Of a stretch of 64,000 nucleotides of DNA, positions 1 to 12,026 are shown piece by piece. Where the stretch lies: assembly GCA_041481225.1 (NCBI GenBank), contig JBGPBL010000003.1:5116-69115 (forward strand), given 5' to 3'. The DNA comes from Sulfurifustaceae bacterium (GTDB lineage: Bacteria; Pseudomonadota; Gammaproteobacteria; Acidiferrobacterales; Sulfurifustaceae). Each line of letters starts with the position of its first letter. Positions within the stretch are counted from its first letter, which is position 1. Position numbers and translations under genes: made by a program. Below the pieces are notes generated by a model. The model was not told the origin of the DNA. It worked only from the letters and a program-made list of their open reading frames with translations, and ran no database searches.

Positions 1-540
1 GTGCTCGTAATCCAACAACCCGTCCACAAACGAATCTTGCTGCGCTGAATCTTTATCCCCGAGTGCACCGGGCAACTGCCGTGCAATCGCGTCGATGACC
101 ACCATTGCGGCGAGTTCACCGCCGGAGAGGACGTAGTCACCAATGGACCATTCCTCGTCTACTTCGGTCTCCAGCAGACGCTCATCAATTCCTTCGTAAC
201 GGCCCGTGAGCAGGATCAGGCCTTCACGCCGCGAGAGTTCGAGAACACCCTCGTGATCCAACCTGCGTCCCTGCGGCGACAGGTAAATCACCTTCGCACC
301 GCTCACTTGCCCGCTGCGCGCCGCCGCCAGTGCCTTCGTCAGCGGCTCGGCCATCATTACCATTCCCGGACCGCCGCCATAAGGGCGGTCATCCACGGAA
401 CGGTGTTTATCGTCCGTGTAGTCACGCGGGTTCCACACCCGCAGTGACAACAATTCGTTCCTGATCGCCCGCCCGGTAATGCCGTAGTTCGTAACGGCCT
501 CGAACATCGGCGGGAACAGACTTATCACATCAATTTTCAT
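1..540 (-). CDS. trmD: tRNA (guanine-N1)-methyltransferase TrmD, partial (runs off window start)
   Basis: Manual translation from ATG at 540: [16 protein letters not shown]...[19 protein letters not shown], the TrmD motif; follows rpsP-rimM. Missing from the ORF track because there is no stop in the window. Confidence 0.96.
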   Translation of the reverse strand, partial: MKIDVISLFPPMFEAVTNYGITGRAIRNELLSLRVWNPRDYTDDKHRSVDDRPYGGGPGMVMMAEPLTKALAAARSGQVSGAKVIYLSPQGRRLDHEGVLELSRREGLILLTGRYEGIDERLLETEVDEEWSIGDYVLSGGELAAMVVIDAIARQLPGALGDKDSAQQDSFVDGLLDYEH

Positions 541-546
541 GGCGCG

Positions 547-1062
547 CTAAAAATCCGCGTCCCAGTCTACCCGGATAAGACCTGCCTCGAGATCCACATC
601 CTGCAGAACACCCGGCGTGGCCGGTATCCAGCGTTCACGCCCATTGCGCACCACGATGACATCGTTTGCGCCCGTCTCGAGCAGGTGGCTCACCACACCC
701 AACTCCTGTCCCGAGAGATTCACTACTTTAAGGCCTTCGAGCTGCGCCCAGTAAAACTCGCCCTTCCTTACCGGCGGCAACCGCGTCGACAGACAACCCA
801 CCTCGACACCCACCAGGCGACTTGCCTGATCGCGGTCATCGTAGCCCATGAACTTGGCGACGATGCCCTTGCCCTGCGCACGCCCCTGTTCGATGGCGAT
901 TTCCCGCCAACCATCCGGCGTGCCCACCAGCCACGGCGTGTAGGTAAGGATCTTCTCGCGCGGCCGAGTATAGGAATACACCTTTACCCAACCCTGCACT
1001 CCGAACAGGCCGTCGATCCGGCCGAGAACCACCAAACCGTCAGGGCATGACGGATCGGTCAT
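547..1062 (-). CDS. rimM: 16S rRNA processing protein RimM
   Basis: GRIDGLFGVQGWVKVYS, EFYWAQLEGL, ETGANDV, VDWDADF; lies between rpsP and trmD. Confidence 0.96.
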   Translation of the reverse strand: MTDPSCPDGLVVLGRIDGLFGVQGWVKVYSYTRPREKILTYTPWLVGTPDGWREIAIEQGRAQGKGIVAKFMGYDDRDQASRLVGVEVGCLSTRLPPVRKGEFYWAQLEGLKVVNLSGQELGVVSHLLETGANDVIVVRNGRERWIPATPGVLQDVDLEAGLIRVDWDADF

Positions 1063-1070
1063 GCGGGGAT

Positions 1071-1316
1071 TCAGGAAGCGGCGACCTGCTTCAGCAGTTG
1101 CGCCACGCGATCGGTCGGCTTCGCACCTTTGCTCAACCAGTACTGCACGCGCGACATGTCAACGCGCACTTTCTCTTCTTTGCCCTTGGCCAGCGGATTG
1201 TAAAAACCAATGCGCTCGATGTTGTTGCCATTCAGCGCACGGCGCCGGTCAGCAACGATGATGCGATAATAGGGGCGCTTGTTTGCGCCACCGCGAGCCA
1301 GACGTATGGTTACCAT
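1071..1316 (-). CDS. rpsP: 30S ribosomal protein S16
   Basis: [23 protein letters not shown]...IERIGFYNP; 81 aa. Confidence 0.98.
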   Translation of the reverse strand: MVTIRLARGGANKRPYYRIIVADRRRALNGNNIERIGFYNPLAKGKEEKVRVDMSRVQYWLSKGAKPTDRVAQLLKQVAAS

Positions 1317-1613
1317 TCAGTTATTCCTCGTATCCATTTAGGCGTCGGTCCGGGCGAAAGCCACGGCGACGGCCCACGAAAGCGCGCGATTTTACCCTTG
1401 ATCACCGGGGAAAAGAAGAGGTTCCTCCTGGAAAATGGCTGCCCCATCGAAAATCCAGTCTTTGAGCCGGATATACAGTAGAAATCCCTGCCCTGCCCCA
1501 ACCTGCTCATGGAAACCGCTGATTTCCTCTCAGGGGGGTCAAACTTGCATATTCCCCGTCCCGGGCAGATAGTTAAATCAGGTTCCACATCGGCTTATGG
1601 CCAGGGGTAATGC

Positions 1614-3218
1614 ATGCGCAACCCATCACCCTCCCCCGCCGCCGTCACCATTCAGGCCGACGTTCCGGCTGAATATGCCCATATCCTCACTCCGGAGGCC
1701 CTGGACTTCGTAGCTGGCCTCAGCAGGACCTTCCACACCAAACGCGCGCAACTCCTGACTCGGCGGACAGAACGTCAGGGCAGGCTGGAGAAAGGGGTCA
1801 AGCCGGACTTTTTAACGGAAACCCGGTCTGTCCGTGAGGCCAACTGGACCATTGCGCCGATACCGGCGGAGCTTTCCGACCGGCGTGTCGAGATCACCGG
1901 CCCGGCAGAGCGAAAAATGATCATCAACGCGCTCAATTGCGGCGCCAACGTATTCATGGCCGACCTGGAGGATTCATTGGCTCCCTCCTGGCATAACCTG
2001 ATCCAGGGCCAGATCAACCTGCGCGATGCGGTTGACCGCAGTATCCGTTTCGTGAGCCCCGAGGGAAAAACCTATCAACTGAACAAAACCACGGCAATCC
2101 TGTTCATGCGTCCACGCGGCTGGCATCTGGTCGAGAAACATGCCTTGGTCGATGGCGAGCCCGTCTCGGCCAGTTTGTTTGACTTCGGGCTGTACTTTTT
2201 TCATAACGCCAGAGCGCTGTTCAACCGCGGAACCTGTCCCTATTTCTATCTGCCCAAGATGGAAAGCCATTTGGAAGCACGGCTGTGGAACGATGTGTTC
2301 GTGTGGGCGCAGGAACAGCTTGGGATCCCACGCGGCACCATCAAGGCCACGGTGCTGATCGAAACCATCCTCGCGGCATTTGAGATGGACGAAATCCTGT
2401 ATGAACTACGCGAGCACTCCGCAGGGCTGAACTGCGGGCGCTGGGACTATCTTTTCAGTTGCATCAAGAAATTTCGCAGCGATCCGGAATTCGTGCTCGC
2501 CGACCGCGCCCTCGTGACGATGACCGCACCGTTCATGCATGCCTATTCGCTGCTGGCCATCCAGACCTGCCACAAACGTAATGCACATGCCATCGGCGGC
2601 ATGTCCGCACAGATTCCGATCAAAGACGACCAGGCCGCCAATGAAGCGGCTCTCGCCAAAGTGCGCGCCGACAAGGAGCGCGAAGCCAACGATGGGCATG
2701 ACGGTACCTGGGTGGCACACCCGGGTCTCGTGCCGGTGGCGCAGGAGGTTTTCGACCGCTTGATGAAAACGCCCAACCAGATTGCGCGCAAGCGTGAAGA
2801 CGTATGCGTCTCTGCGGCGGATCTCCTGGCCTTCTCGCCGAAAACGCCGATCACGGAAGCGGGACTGCGGCTCAATATCGAGGTCGGCATCGCCTACCTT
2901 GGATCATGGCTCGCGGGCGCCGGCTGCGTGCCGATTCACCACCTGATGGAAGACGCGGCGACGGCGGAAATTTCGCGCTCACAGGTCTGGCACTGGCTTC
3001 GCAGCCGCCACGGCGTGCTCGCCGACGGCCGTAAGATCACGCTTGATATGGTGCGCAAAATGATTCCGGAGGAACTGGGACGCCTGCGGACATCGTTCGG
3101 GGAAGCGGCATACGCCAGTGGCAGATATGAATTCGCCTCCGGCATGTTCGAAAAACTGATCAGTGCCGACCCGCTGCCGGAGTTTTTGACACTCTTCTGC
3201 TACGACTATCTCGACTGA
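1614..3218 (+). CDS. aceB: malate synthase A
   Basis: [61 protein letters not shown]; 534 aa (A-type length). Confidence 0.96.
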   Translation: MRNPSPSPAAVTIQADVPAEYAHILTPEALDFVAGLSRTFHTKRAQLLTRRTERQGRLEKGVKPDFLTETRSVREANWTIAPIPAELSDRRVEITGPAERKMIINALNCGANVFMADLEDSLAPSWHNLIQGQINLRDAVDRSIRFVSPEGKTYQLNKTTAILFMRPRGWHLVEKHALVDGEPVSASLFDFGLYFFHNARALFNRGTCPYFYLPKMESHLEARLWNDVFVWAQEQLGIPRGTIKATVLIETILAAFEMDEILYELREHSAGLNCGRWDYLFSCIKKFRSDPEFVLADRALVTMTAPFMHAYSLLAIQTCHKRNAHAIGGMSAQIPIKDDQAANEAALAKVRADKEREANDGHDGTWVAHPGLVPVAQEVFDRLMKTPNQIARKREDVCVSAADLLAFSPKTPITEAGLRLNIEVGIAYLGSWLAGAGCVPIHHLMEDAATAEISRSQVWHWLRSRHGVLADGRKITLDMVRKMIPEELGRLRTSFGEAAYASGRYEFASGMFEKLISADPLPEFLTLFCYDYLD

Positions 3219-3238
3219 GATTCGCTTTGGGGCGAGGG

Positions 3239-4105
3239 TTATATTGAAGGGGTCTTCGGTGCCGGCGTATCCTCCTCGAACAAGGACGGATCGGGGGCTT
3301 CCTGCGGCGGATTGCCGTCATAAATCAGACTGCGGCGCCGTTGGCGATAGGCCTCACGTACGAATACATAAGGGTCCCGACCCGCGGCCTGCTCCAAGAT
3401 ATCGGTCGCATCGAGCAACTGGGCACGCTTGTCCACCGCCTCCACCACAAACAATTTGTCGCGTGTGCCGCTGTCTTGCATATAGTTCGGCGGATAGGTT
3501 TCCCAATCGACAATCAACGCTGGTCCGTCACGCAGGTTGCTCGGGCCGAAGAACGGCAAGACCAGATAAGGACCATCGCCCACGCCCCACACCGCCAGGG
3601 TCTGGCCAAAATCCTCGTTGTGTTTTTGCAGACCAATTTTGGTCGCTACATCAAACAGGCCATAAATACCGACAGTGGAGTTGGTCAGGAAACGGCTGAG
3701 ATCTGAAGCCGCCTGCCCCGGTTTACCCTGCAATAAATTGTTCAGCATCACCATCGGGTCATGCAGGTTGCTGAAGAAATTGGAGATGCTCTTCCGCACC
3801 GGAATGGGCGTTACAGCACGATAACCTTTCGCCACAGGCTTGAGGATATACACATCCAGTTTGTCATTGAATGTGTACATCGCCCGGTTAAACCCCTCGA
3901 ACGGATCAGGATTGCTCTCCTTCTCCAGGGTCGCCTTTGGCTTGGGACTATTGTCAGCCGTGGCGGCATCCTGGCTGGTACTTTCCGGCGAGGTGGTAGT
4001 GTTCGCGGAGGCCGGACGGTTCTCGGATTTTTGGAGTGTCCCGCAGGCGCCAAGGAACAAAAACGAGAGTCCAATCAACAATATCTGGCAGGAACGTCTG
4101 ATCAT
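3239..4105 (-). CDS. mlaA: MlaA/VacJ family lipoprotein
   Basis: Lipobox FLGAC; DPFEGFNR, NSTVGIYGLFDVA, EDFGQTL..WG..GPYLVLPFFGPS, DPYVFVREAY. Confidence 0.93.
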   Translation of the reverse strand: MIRRSCQILLIGLSFLFLGACGTLQKSENRPASANTTTSPESTSQDAATADNSPKPKATLEKESNPDPFEGFNRAMYTFNDKLDVYILKPVAKGYRAVTPIPVRKSISNFFSNLHDPMVMLNNLLQGKPGQAASDLSRFLTNSTVGIYGLFDVATKIGLQKHNEDFGQTLAVWGVGDGPYLVLPFFGPSNLRDGPALIVDWETYPPNYMQDSGTRDKLFVVEAVDKRAQLLDATDILEQAAGRDPYVFVREAYRQRRRSLIYDGNPPQEAPDPSLFEEDTPAPKTPSI

Positions 4106-4266
4106 TATTTATTTTTTCACTCACCGCGCATCAAAAGCGCATACCGGCACTAAGGCTAATGGAAGCCCGGTGCTCGTGTAAAGTAAAAATCGATTCGGCA
4201 GGATGCCAACACATCACGCACTCCGGAAAACCGCCTATGCCCACACAAGGACTCAGGAATCGCCAC

Positions 4267-4845
4267 TCAGCGGGCACGCAGGTAAGTACCAATAACCTCT
4301 GCCTTGGCGAGGACATGGCCCTGGATGGCCTTTTCCAGCTTCGCCTTGGTCGGCTTGCCAAGATCCGGCAACACCGTATCTAGCGCATACAGCTTATGAT
4401 AATAGCGGTGGCGTCCGATGGGCGGGCAGGGGCCGCCGTAGCCCGTGCGCTTCCAGTCATTGATGCCCTCAAGTGTCCCCTTGGGAAGATTCTTGGGGAT
4501 AACGGCTTCTGGCAATCCGGCACTGTCCGGTGGAATGTTATAGAGCAACCAATGCACCCAGATTATACGTGGAGCCGCCGGGTCAGGCGCATCCGGGTCA
4601 TCGACGATCAGCACCAGGCTTTTCGTACCCGCCGGCGTGCCCAACCAGGCCAGCGGTGGTGAGATATCCTGCCCGTCACAGGTGTAGCGGATCGGGATTT
4701 CGCTATTGTGATGAAATGCGGAAGAACTCAGGGTCAGTGACATGCGTACCTCCGTTTCGCCAATGCCATTCTCGACAGCCAAGACCAGCGATACCGCCGC
4801 TACCAATACCATGGATCCCACAAGAACGAATCGCCTTGGCCACAT
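4267..4845 (-). CDS. YbhB/YbcL family (PEBP/Raf kinase inhibitor-like) protein, probably exported
   Basis: YTCDGQDISPPL, DDPDAP, HW, GYGGPCPPIGRHRY. Start set at ATG 4845 (MWPRRF, AGGA upstream, hydrophobic signal-like segment); a shorter start MSLTLSS is possible. Confidence 0.88.
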   Translation of the reverse strand: MWPRRFVLVGSMVLVAAVSLVLAVENGIGETEVRMSLTLSSSAFHHNSEIPIRYTCDGQDISPPLAWLGTPAGTKSLVLIVDDPDAPDPAAPRIIWVHWLLYNIPPDSAGLPEAVIPKNLPKGTLEGINDWKRTGYGGPCPPIGRHRYYHKLYALDTVLPDLGKPTKAKLEKAIQGHVLAKAEVIGTYLRAR

Positions 4846-4993
4846 TCTGTATCCTGCCTGTGTCGCATCAAGGCTAGTTGTAACGCCTTGCCGGATGGGG
4901 CACAAGACCGGCTTTTATCATCGGTACCCGGCATTTCTGTGTGCGTTCTGAAAACCGTCTGAAAAAGGTACACTGGGTCAGGTTTTCCTGCAC

Positions 4994-5605
4994 ATGACCA
5001 AAACCATTGGCCTGATTCTCGCCGGCGGCCGCTCCACCCGCATGGGTGTCAGCGACAAGGCGTTTATTGCCCTGAAGGGTAAGCTGCTCCTCGCGCACCT
5101 CCTTGACCGTCTCAAGCCCCAAGTGGATGAGGTCGTCGTCAACAGCAACGTTGGCATGGAGCGCTTCCACGAATTTGGCACATCGGTTATTCCCGACCGC
5201 TTGCGCGGCTACCTTGGACCCCTTGCCGGGATTCACGCCGGACTCACGGTCTTTCCCGAGGATTATCTTTTGACGGTGGCTGTTGACCTGCCTTTTATTC
5301 CCCACGATCTGGCGACAAGACTCAAAGCCCAATCCGATGGCTCACATTGTTGTTATGCCACCGATGGAAAAAACCACGCGCTGGCCATCCTGTGGCCACC
5401 GGGCATGGCCGTGGCCGTGGAAAACTTTCTCAAAGAAGGAAAACACAGCATCCGCGATTGGCTCGCCCTGCATGGAAAGCCCGTGCGTTTTCATCCCGCG
5501 CCGGATGCCGACATCCAGTTCAACGTCAATTCGCCGGCGGATCTGGAAAAGGCAGAGATATTTCTCTCCGGAACCCATGGCGCGAGAAATAAAAAAGGGG
5601 GCTAA
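4994..5605 (+). CDS. mobA: molybdenum cofactor guanylyltransferase
   Basis: LILAGGRSTRMG..DK, GPLAGIHAGL, VDLPF, FNVNSPADL. Confidence 0.92.
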   Translation: MTKTIGLILAGGRSTRMGVSDKAFIALKGKLLLAHLLDRLKPQVDEVVVNSNVGMERFHEFGTSVIPDRLRGYLGPLAGIHAGLTVFPEDYLLTVAVDLPFIPHDLATRLKAQSDGSHCCYATDGKNHALAILWPPGMAVAVENFLKEGKHSIRDWLALHGKPVRFHPAPDADIQFNVNSPADLEKAEIFLSGTHGARNKKGG

Positions 5606-5618
5606 GCCCCCTTTTTTT
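5591..5618. terminator. bidirectional intrinsic terminator between convergent mobA and pnp
   Basis: AAAAAA-GGGGGC-TAA-GCCCCC-TTTTTTT. Confidence 0.85.
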
Positions 5619-5639
5619 CTTCCAACGTTTTCTGAAAGC

Positions 5640-7736
5640 TTACACCGGTATTTCTTCTTCCAGCGCCTTCATGGAGAGACGGATACGGCCCTGTTTGTCG
5701 ACTTCCAGTACCTTGACCCGCACCACCTCGCCTTCACGCAGCTTGTCGGCGACGTTCTCCACCCGCTCACGCGAGATCTGTGAGATGTGCACCAGGCCGT
5801 CCTTGCCGGGCATGATGGTGACGAAGGCACCGAAGTCCATGAGCTTGGCGACCTTGCCTTCGTAGATCATCCCCACCTCGACGTCCGCGGTGAGCTGCTG
5901 GACACGCCGGCGTGCTTCCTGGGCCGCGGCGTTGTCGGCGGAGGCAATCTTCACCGTGCCGTCGTCCTCGATATCGATGGTGCATCCGGTCTCCTCACAC
6001 AACGCGCGGATGGTGGCCCCACCCTTGCCGATGACATCGCGGATACGCTCCGGATTGATCTTCATCGTGAGAATACGCGGCGCGTACTCGGAAAGCTCAG
6101 CGCGCGGCGCGGAAATCGCCTTACTCATCTCACCGAGGATGTGCAACCGCCCTTCCTTCGCCTGCTTGAGCGCGACATCCATGATTTCGCGGTTGATGCC
6201 TTCAATCTTGATGTCCATCTGCAGTGCAGTCACGCCACTCGTGGTTCCGGCAACCTTGAAATCCATATCGCCGAGGTGATCTTCATCGCCGATGATATCG
6301 GTCAGCACGGAGAAACGCTTGTCTTCCTTGATGAGGCCCATCGCCACGCCGGCAACCGGCGCCTTGATCGGCACGCCCGCATCCATCAGTGACAGCGAGG
6401 CACCACAAACGCTCGCCATCGAGCTCGAGCCGTTCGATTCCGTGATCTCGGACACCACGCGCAACACATAGGGATAGGTGTCCATGCTCGGCAGCACCGC
6501 AATCATCGCGCGCTTCGCGAGACGACCATGGCCAACCTCGCGCCGCTTCGGACTGCCGACGCGGCCCACTTCACCGACGGAATACGGTGGGAAATTGTAA
6601 TGCAGCATGAACGGATCTTTGCGCGAGCCTTCGAGGGCATCGATAATCTGTGCGTCACGACCCGTGCCCAGCGTGGTCACGACCAGCGCCTGGGTTTCAC
6701 CACGCGTGAACAGCGCCGAGCCATGGGTACGCGGCAATACGCCGGTACGGATGGTGATCGGACGTACGGTGCGCGTGTCGCGTCCGTCGATGCGCGCCTC
6801 ACCGGAAAGAATCTGATCGCGCACGGTGCGGTATTCGATATCGCCGATAATCTTGAGCACCTTCTCCTTCGTGCCCGCGGGCGCGCCTTCGGCAGCGTGT
6901 TTGCCGACCGCCATCTCGCGGATCTCGGCCACGCGGTCCTGGCGTGCTCCCTTCTCTTTAATGCGATAGGCCCCGGCAATGGATGAGCCGAATTCCGTTT
7001 GCAACGTATTCTTGAACGCCGTGTCCTCGGCTGGCGGCTGCCAAGCCCAGGGTTGCACACCGGCATCCTTCACGAGTTCGTTGATGGCCTTGATCGCCGC
7101 CTGCATCTGCTCGTGACCGAACATCACGGCGCCGAGCATGACTTCTTCCGACAACTCCTTCGCTTCGGATTCCACCATCAGCACCGCTTTCTCGGTGCCG
7201 GCGACGACGAGGTCAAGCTGTGAATCGACGAGTTCCTTCTTGCCCGGGTTGAGCAGGTACTTGCCGTCCTTGTAGCCCACGCGCGCCGCGCCGATCGGGC
7301 CGTTGAACGGAGCGCCCGACAGCTTCAACGCCGCGGAGGCGCCGATCATGGAGACGACATCCGGATCGATGTCCGGATCCACCGAGATCACGGTGGTGAT
7401 AATCTGGACTTCGTTGGTGAAACCTTCGGGAAACAGCGGGCGGATGGGACGATCGATCAGGCGGGAGGTAAGAATTTCCTTCTCCGAAGGTCGGCCTTCG
7501 CGCTTGAAGAATCCGCCCGGTATGCGGCCAGCGGCAAAAGTTTTTTCCTGATAATCCACCGTCATCGGGAAGAAATCCTTGCCCGGCATCGGTTCCTTCA
7601 TCGTCACCGCGGTCGCAAGCACGACGGTTTCGCCCATGCTGATCATGCAGGCACCTGAGGCCTGGCGTGCTATTTCGCCGGTTTCGAGTGTGACGGTGTG
7701 ACTGCCGTACTGAAATGATTTCGTGATTTTTGCCAA
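5640..7736 (-). CDS. pnp: polyribonucleotide nucleotidyltransferase (PNPase)
   Basis: [55 protein letters not shown] and S1 domains; TTG start. Confidence 0.98.
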   Translation of the reverse strand: MAKITKSFQYGSHTVTLETGEIARQASGACMISMGETVVLATAVTMKEPMPGKDFFPMTVDYQEKTFAAGRIPGGFFKREGRPSEKEILTSRLIDRPIRPLFPEGFTNEVQIITTVISVDPDIDPDVVSMIGASAALKLSGAPFNGPIGAARVGYKDGKYLLNPGKKELVDSQLDLVVAGTEKAVLMVESEAKELSEEVMLGAVMFGHEQMQAAIKAINELVKDAGVQPWAWQPPAEDTAFKNTLQTEFGSSIAGAYRIKEKGARQDRVAEIREMAVGKHAAEGAPAGTKEKVLKIIGDIEYRTVRDQILSGEARIDGRDTRTVRPITIRTGVLPRTHGSALFTRGETQALVVTTLGTGRDAQIIDALEGSRKDPFMLHYNFPPYSVGEVGRVGSPKRREVGHGRLAKRAMIAVLPSMDTYPYVLRVVSEITESNGSSSMASVCGASLSLMDAGVPIKAPVAGVAMGLIKEDKRFSVLTDIIGDEDHLGDMDFKVAGTTSGVTALQMDIKIEGINREIMDVALKQAKEGRLHILGEMSKAISAPRAELSEYAPRILTMKINPERIRDVIGKGGATIRALCEETGCTIDIEDDGTVKIASADNAAAQEARRRVQQLTADVEVGMIYEGKVAKLMDFGAFVTIMPGKDGLVHISQISRERVENVADKLREGEVVRVKVLEVDKQGRIRLSMKALEEEIPV

Positions 7737-7757
7737 AGCCTTGTCCTCAAACCTAAA

Positions 7758-8027
7758 TTACTTGCGCAGCCCGAGCCGCTCGATCAAAGAACGATAGCGG
7801 TCGCCATCTTCCTTTCTCAAATAGTCCAGCAGCTTGCGGCGCTGATTGACCATCTTCAGGAGCCCGATGCGGGAATGATGATCCTTCGGGTGTGTCTGAA
7901 AATGGGTGGATAAATCTTCGATGTGCTTGGACAGCAGGGCCACCTGAACTTCCGGCGAGCCGGTATCTCCCTCATGGGTCCGGTAATCCTGCATGACTTT
8001 AGCCTTTGACTGAGCGGTGACGGCCAT
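7758..8027 (-). CDS. rpsO: 30S ribosomal protein S15
   Basis: [34 protein letters not shown]. Confidence 0.98.
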   Translation of the reverse strand: MAVTAQSKAKVMQDYRTHEGDTGSPEVQVALLSKHIEDLSTHFQTHPKDHHSRIGLLKMVNQRRKLLDYLRKEDGDRYRSLIERLGLRK

Positions 8028-8154
8028 TAATTCCTACCTCGTTTCACTGTTTAAAATGACTTTGAAGGGCGCGTATTCTACCTGCGGGGGCATCCGGCCT
8101 CAACCCGGCCGACAAGATTAATTACCGGGCCAAAGGGACCACCTCCCCTGTAAA

Positions 8155-9072
8155 TCAGGCCTTTTCGGCCAACAGCCGCCGTGGCGCCACGCGGCCATCG
8201 TCCAGGACCTGTCCCATCCCGAGAAAACGGCTGTCGCCCTCATACAATCGCAGCCAGTCGCCCGGGACACCACTATGTTTGGCCGAAACCGCCTGCCCCT
8301 GACGCAGATAATGGGTCGCGAGCGGTGTCAGGTGTACGGCCGGTATATACCCCAGAACGCTGTCCGCCGGCAGTAGCCGGGTTGCCCGCGCTCCGGGATC
8401 CGCCATGGCCTCCAGCGTATCCAGGCGCACCGCCTGATCGACATGGATATCCCCAATAGCCAGGCGGCGCAACTGGGTAACATGGGCCCCGCATCCGAGC
8501 CGCTCACCCAGATCGTACGCCAGACTGCGGATATAAGTGCCCTTGGAGCAGGCGACTTCCAGCGTCAGCTCGTCGCCCTGAAAATCCAGCAAGCGCAACT
8601 CGTGCACCCGCACCTGTCGCGGTTCGCGCTCAACCTCGATCCCGGCACGCGCCAGCTTGTAGAGCGCCTCGCCATTACGCTTGATGGCGGAATACATCGG
8701 CGGCACCTGTTCGATATCACCCTGAAAATGGGTCAGGGCCTGCTCAATTTCGCGCCGGCCGACCGTCACGGGTCGGGTCGCCGTCGCCTCGCCCTCGCTG
8801 TCATAGGTGGTCGTGCTCACACCCAGCCGGAATATCGTCCAATAACGCTTGTCGGCATCGAGCAGAAACTGCGAGAGCTTGGTGGCCTCGCCAAAGCACA
8901 AGGGCAGCAATCCCGTGGCAATGGGATCGAGGCTGCCCGTGTGCCCGGCCTTGCAGGCATTGAGCAGCCGCTTGGCGACCTGCAGTGCCTGGTTCGACGT
9001 AAACCCCACGGGCTTGTCGAGTAGCAGCACGCCGCTTACCGGTGAACAGTTACGGCGCGTACGCACCATCAC
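8155..9072 (-). CDS. truB: tRNA pseudouridine(55) synthase TruB
   Basis: LDKPVG.TSN, KAGHTGSLDPIATGLL, VPPMYSAIK, CSKGTYIRSL; ATGA overlap with rbfA. Confidence 0.97.
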   Translation of the reverse strand: MMVRTRRNCSPVSGVLLLDKPVGFTSNQALQVAKRLLNACKAGHTGSLDPIATGLLPLCFGEATKLSQFLLDADKRYWTIFRLGVSTTTYDSEGEATATRPVTVGRREIEQALTHFQGDIEQVPPMYSAIKRNGEALYKLARAGIEVEREPRQVRVHELRLLDFQGDELTLEVACSKGTYIRSLAYDLGERLGCGAHVTQLRRLAIGDIHVDQAVRLDTLEAMADPGARATRLLPADSVLGYIPAVHLTPLATHYLRQGQAVSAKHSGVPGDWLRLYEGDSRFLGMGQVLDDGRVAPRRLLAEKA

Positions 9073-9437
9073 TCCTTGCCGGGCTTGTCCTGCGCGATGG
9101 CCTTATCAATAAGGCTGTCGATGCGCGCACCACGTTCCACGGATTCGTCGAAAATGAACCGGAGTGCTGGCACCGTGCGCAGCGTAAGGCGTCCCATGAG
9201 AATATGCCGCAGGAAACCCGCGGCTTGGTTGAGTTTTTTGACGGTTTGCTTTGCCTGCGTCACATCCCCCATCAGGGAGAAATAGATTCTGGCGGTAGAA
9301 AAATCGCGCGACACCTCGGCTCCGGTAAGCGTAATCCGGTGTGCCTGCGGGTCGTCCAGTTCGCGCGGAATCAACATGGCAAGCTCGCGCTTGATCAGTT
9401 CCGCCACGCGCTGCGGCCGGTTGGTCTCTTTGTGCAT
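9069..9437 (-). CDS. rbfA: ribosome-binding factor A
   Basis: RPQRVAELI, VSRDFSTARIY, LRTVPALRFIFDES; lies between infB and truB. Confidence 0.96.
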   Translation of the reverse strand: MHKETNRPQRVAELIKRELAMLIPRELDDPQAHRITLTGAEVSRDFSTARIYFSLMGDVTQAKQTVKKLNQAAGFLRHILMGRLTLRTVPALRFIFDESVERGARIDSLIDKAIAQDKPGKE

Positions 9438-9451
9438 GGTTACAAAAAATA

Positions 9452-9527
9452 GACAAGATTTACGGGATTAACAGAGAAAGGCTTAACGGATCCGGGTTTT
9501 AATCCTGCAAATCCCGTTAATCCTGTC
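9452..9527. repeat. imperfect palindromic intergenic element with 9-nt periodic arms (REP-like)
   Basis: Left arm GACAAGATTTACGGGATTAACAG (9452-9474). Right arm AATCCTGCAAATCCCGTTAATCCTGTC (9501-9527); its reverse complement matches the left arm at 19/23. Confidence 0.75.
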
Positions 9528-9540
9528 GCTTTAACAGATC

Positions 9541-11985
<2,445 letters not shown>

Positions 11986-12026
11986 TCAATGCCCTGCGTT
12001 GAAGCCGGATTCATTACACTTATACT

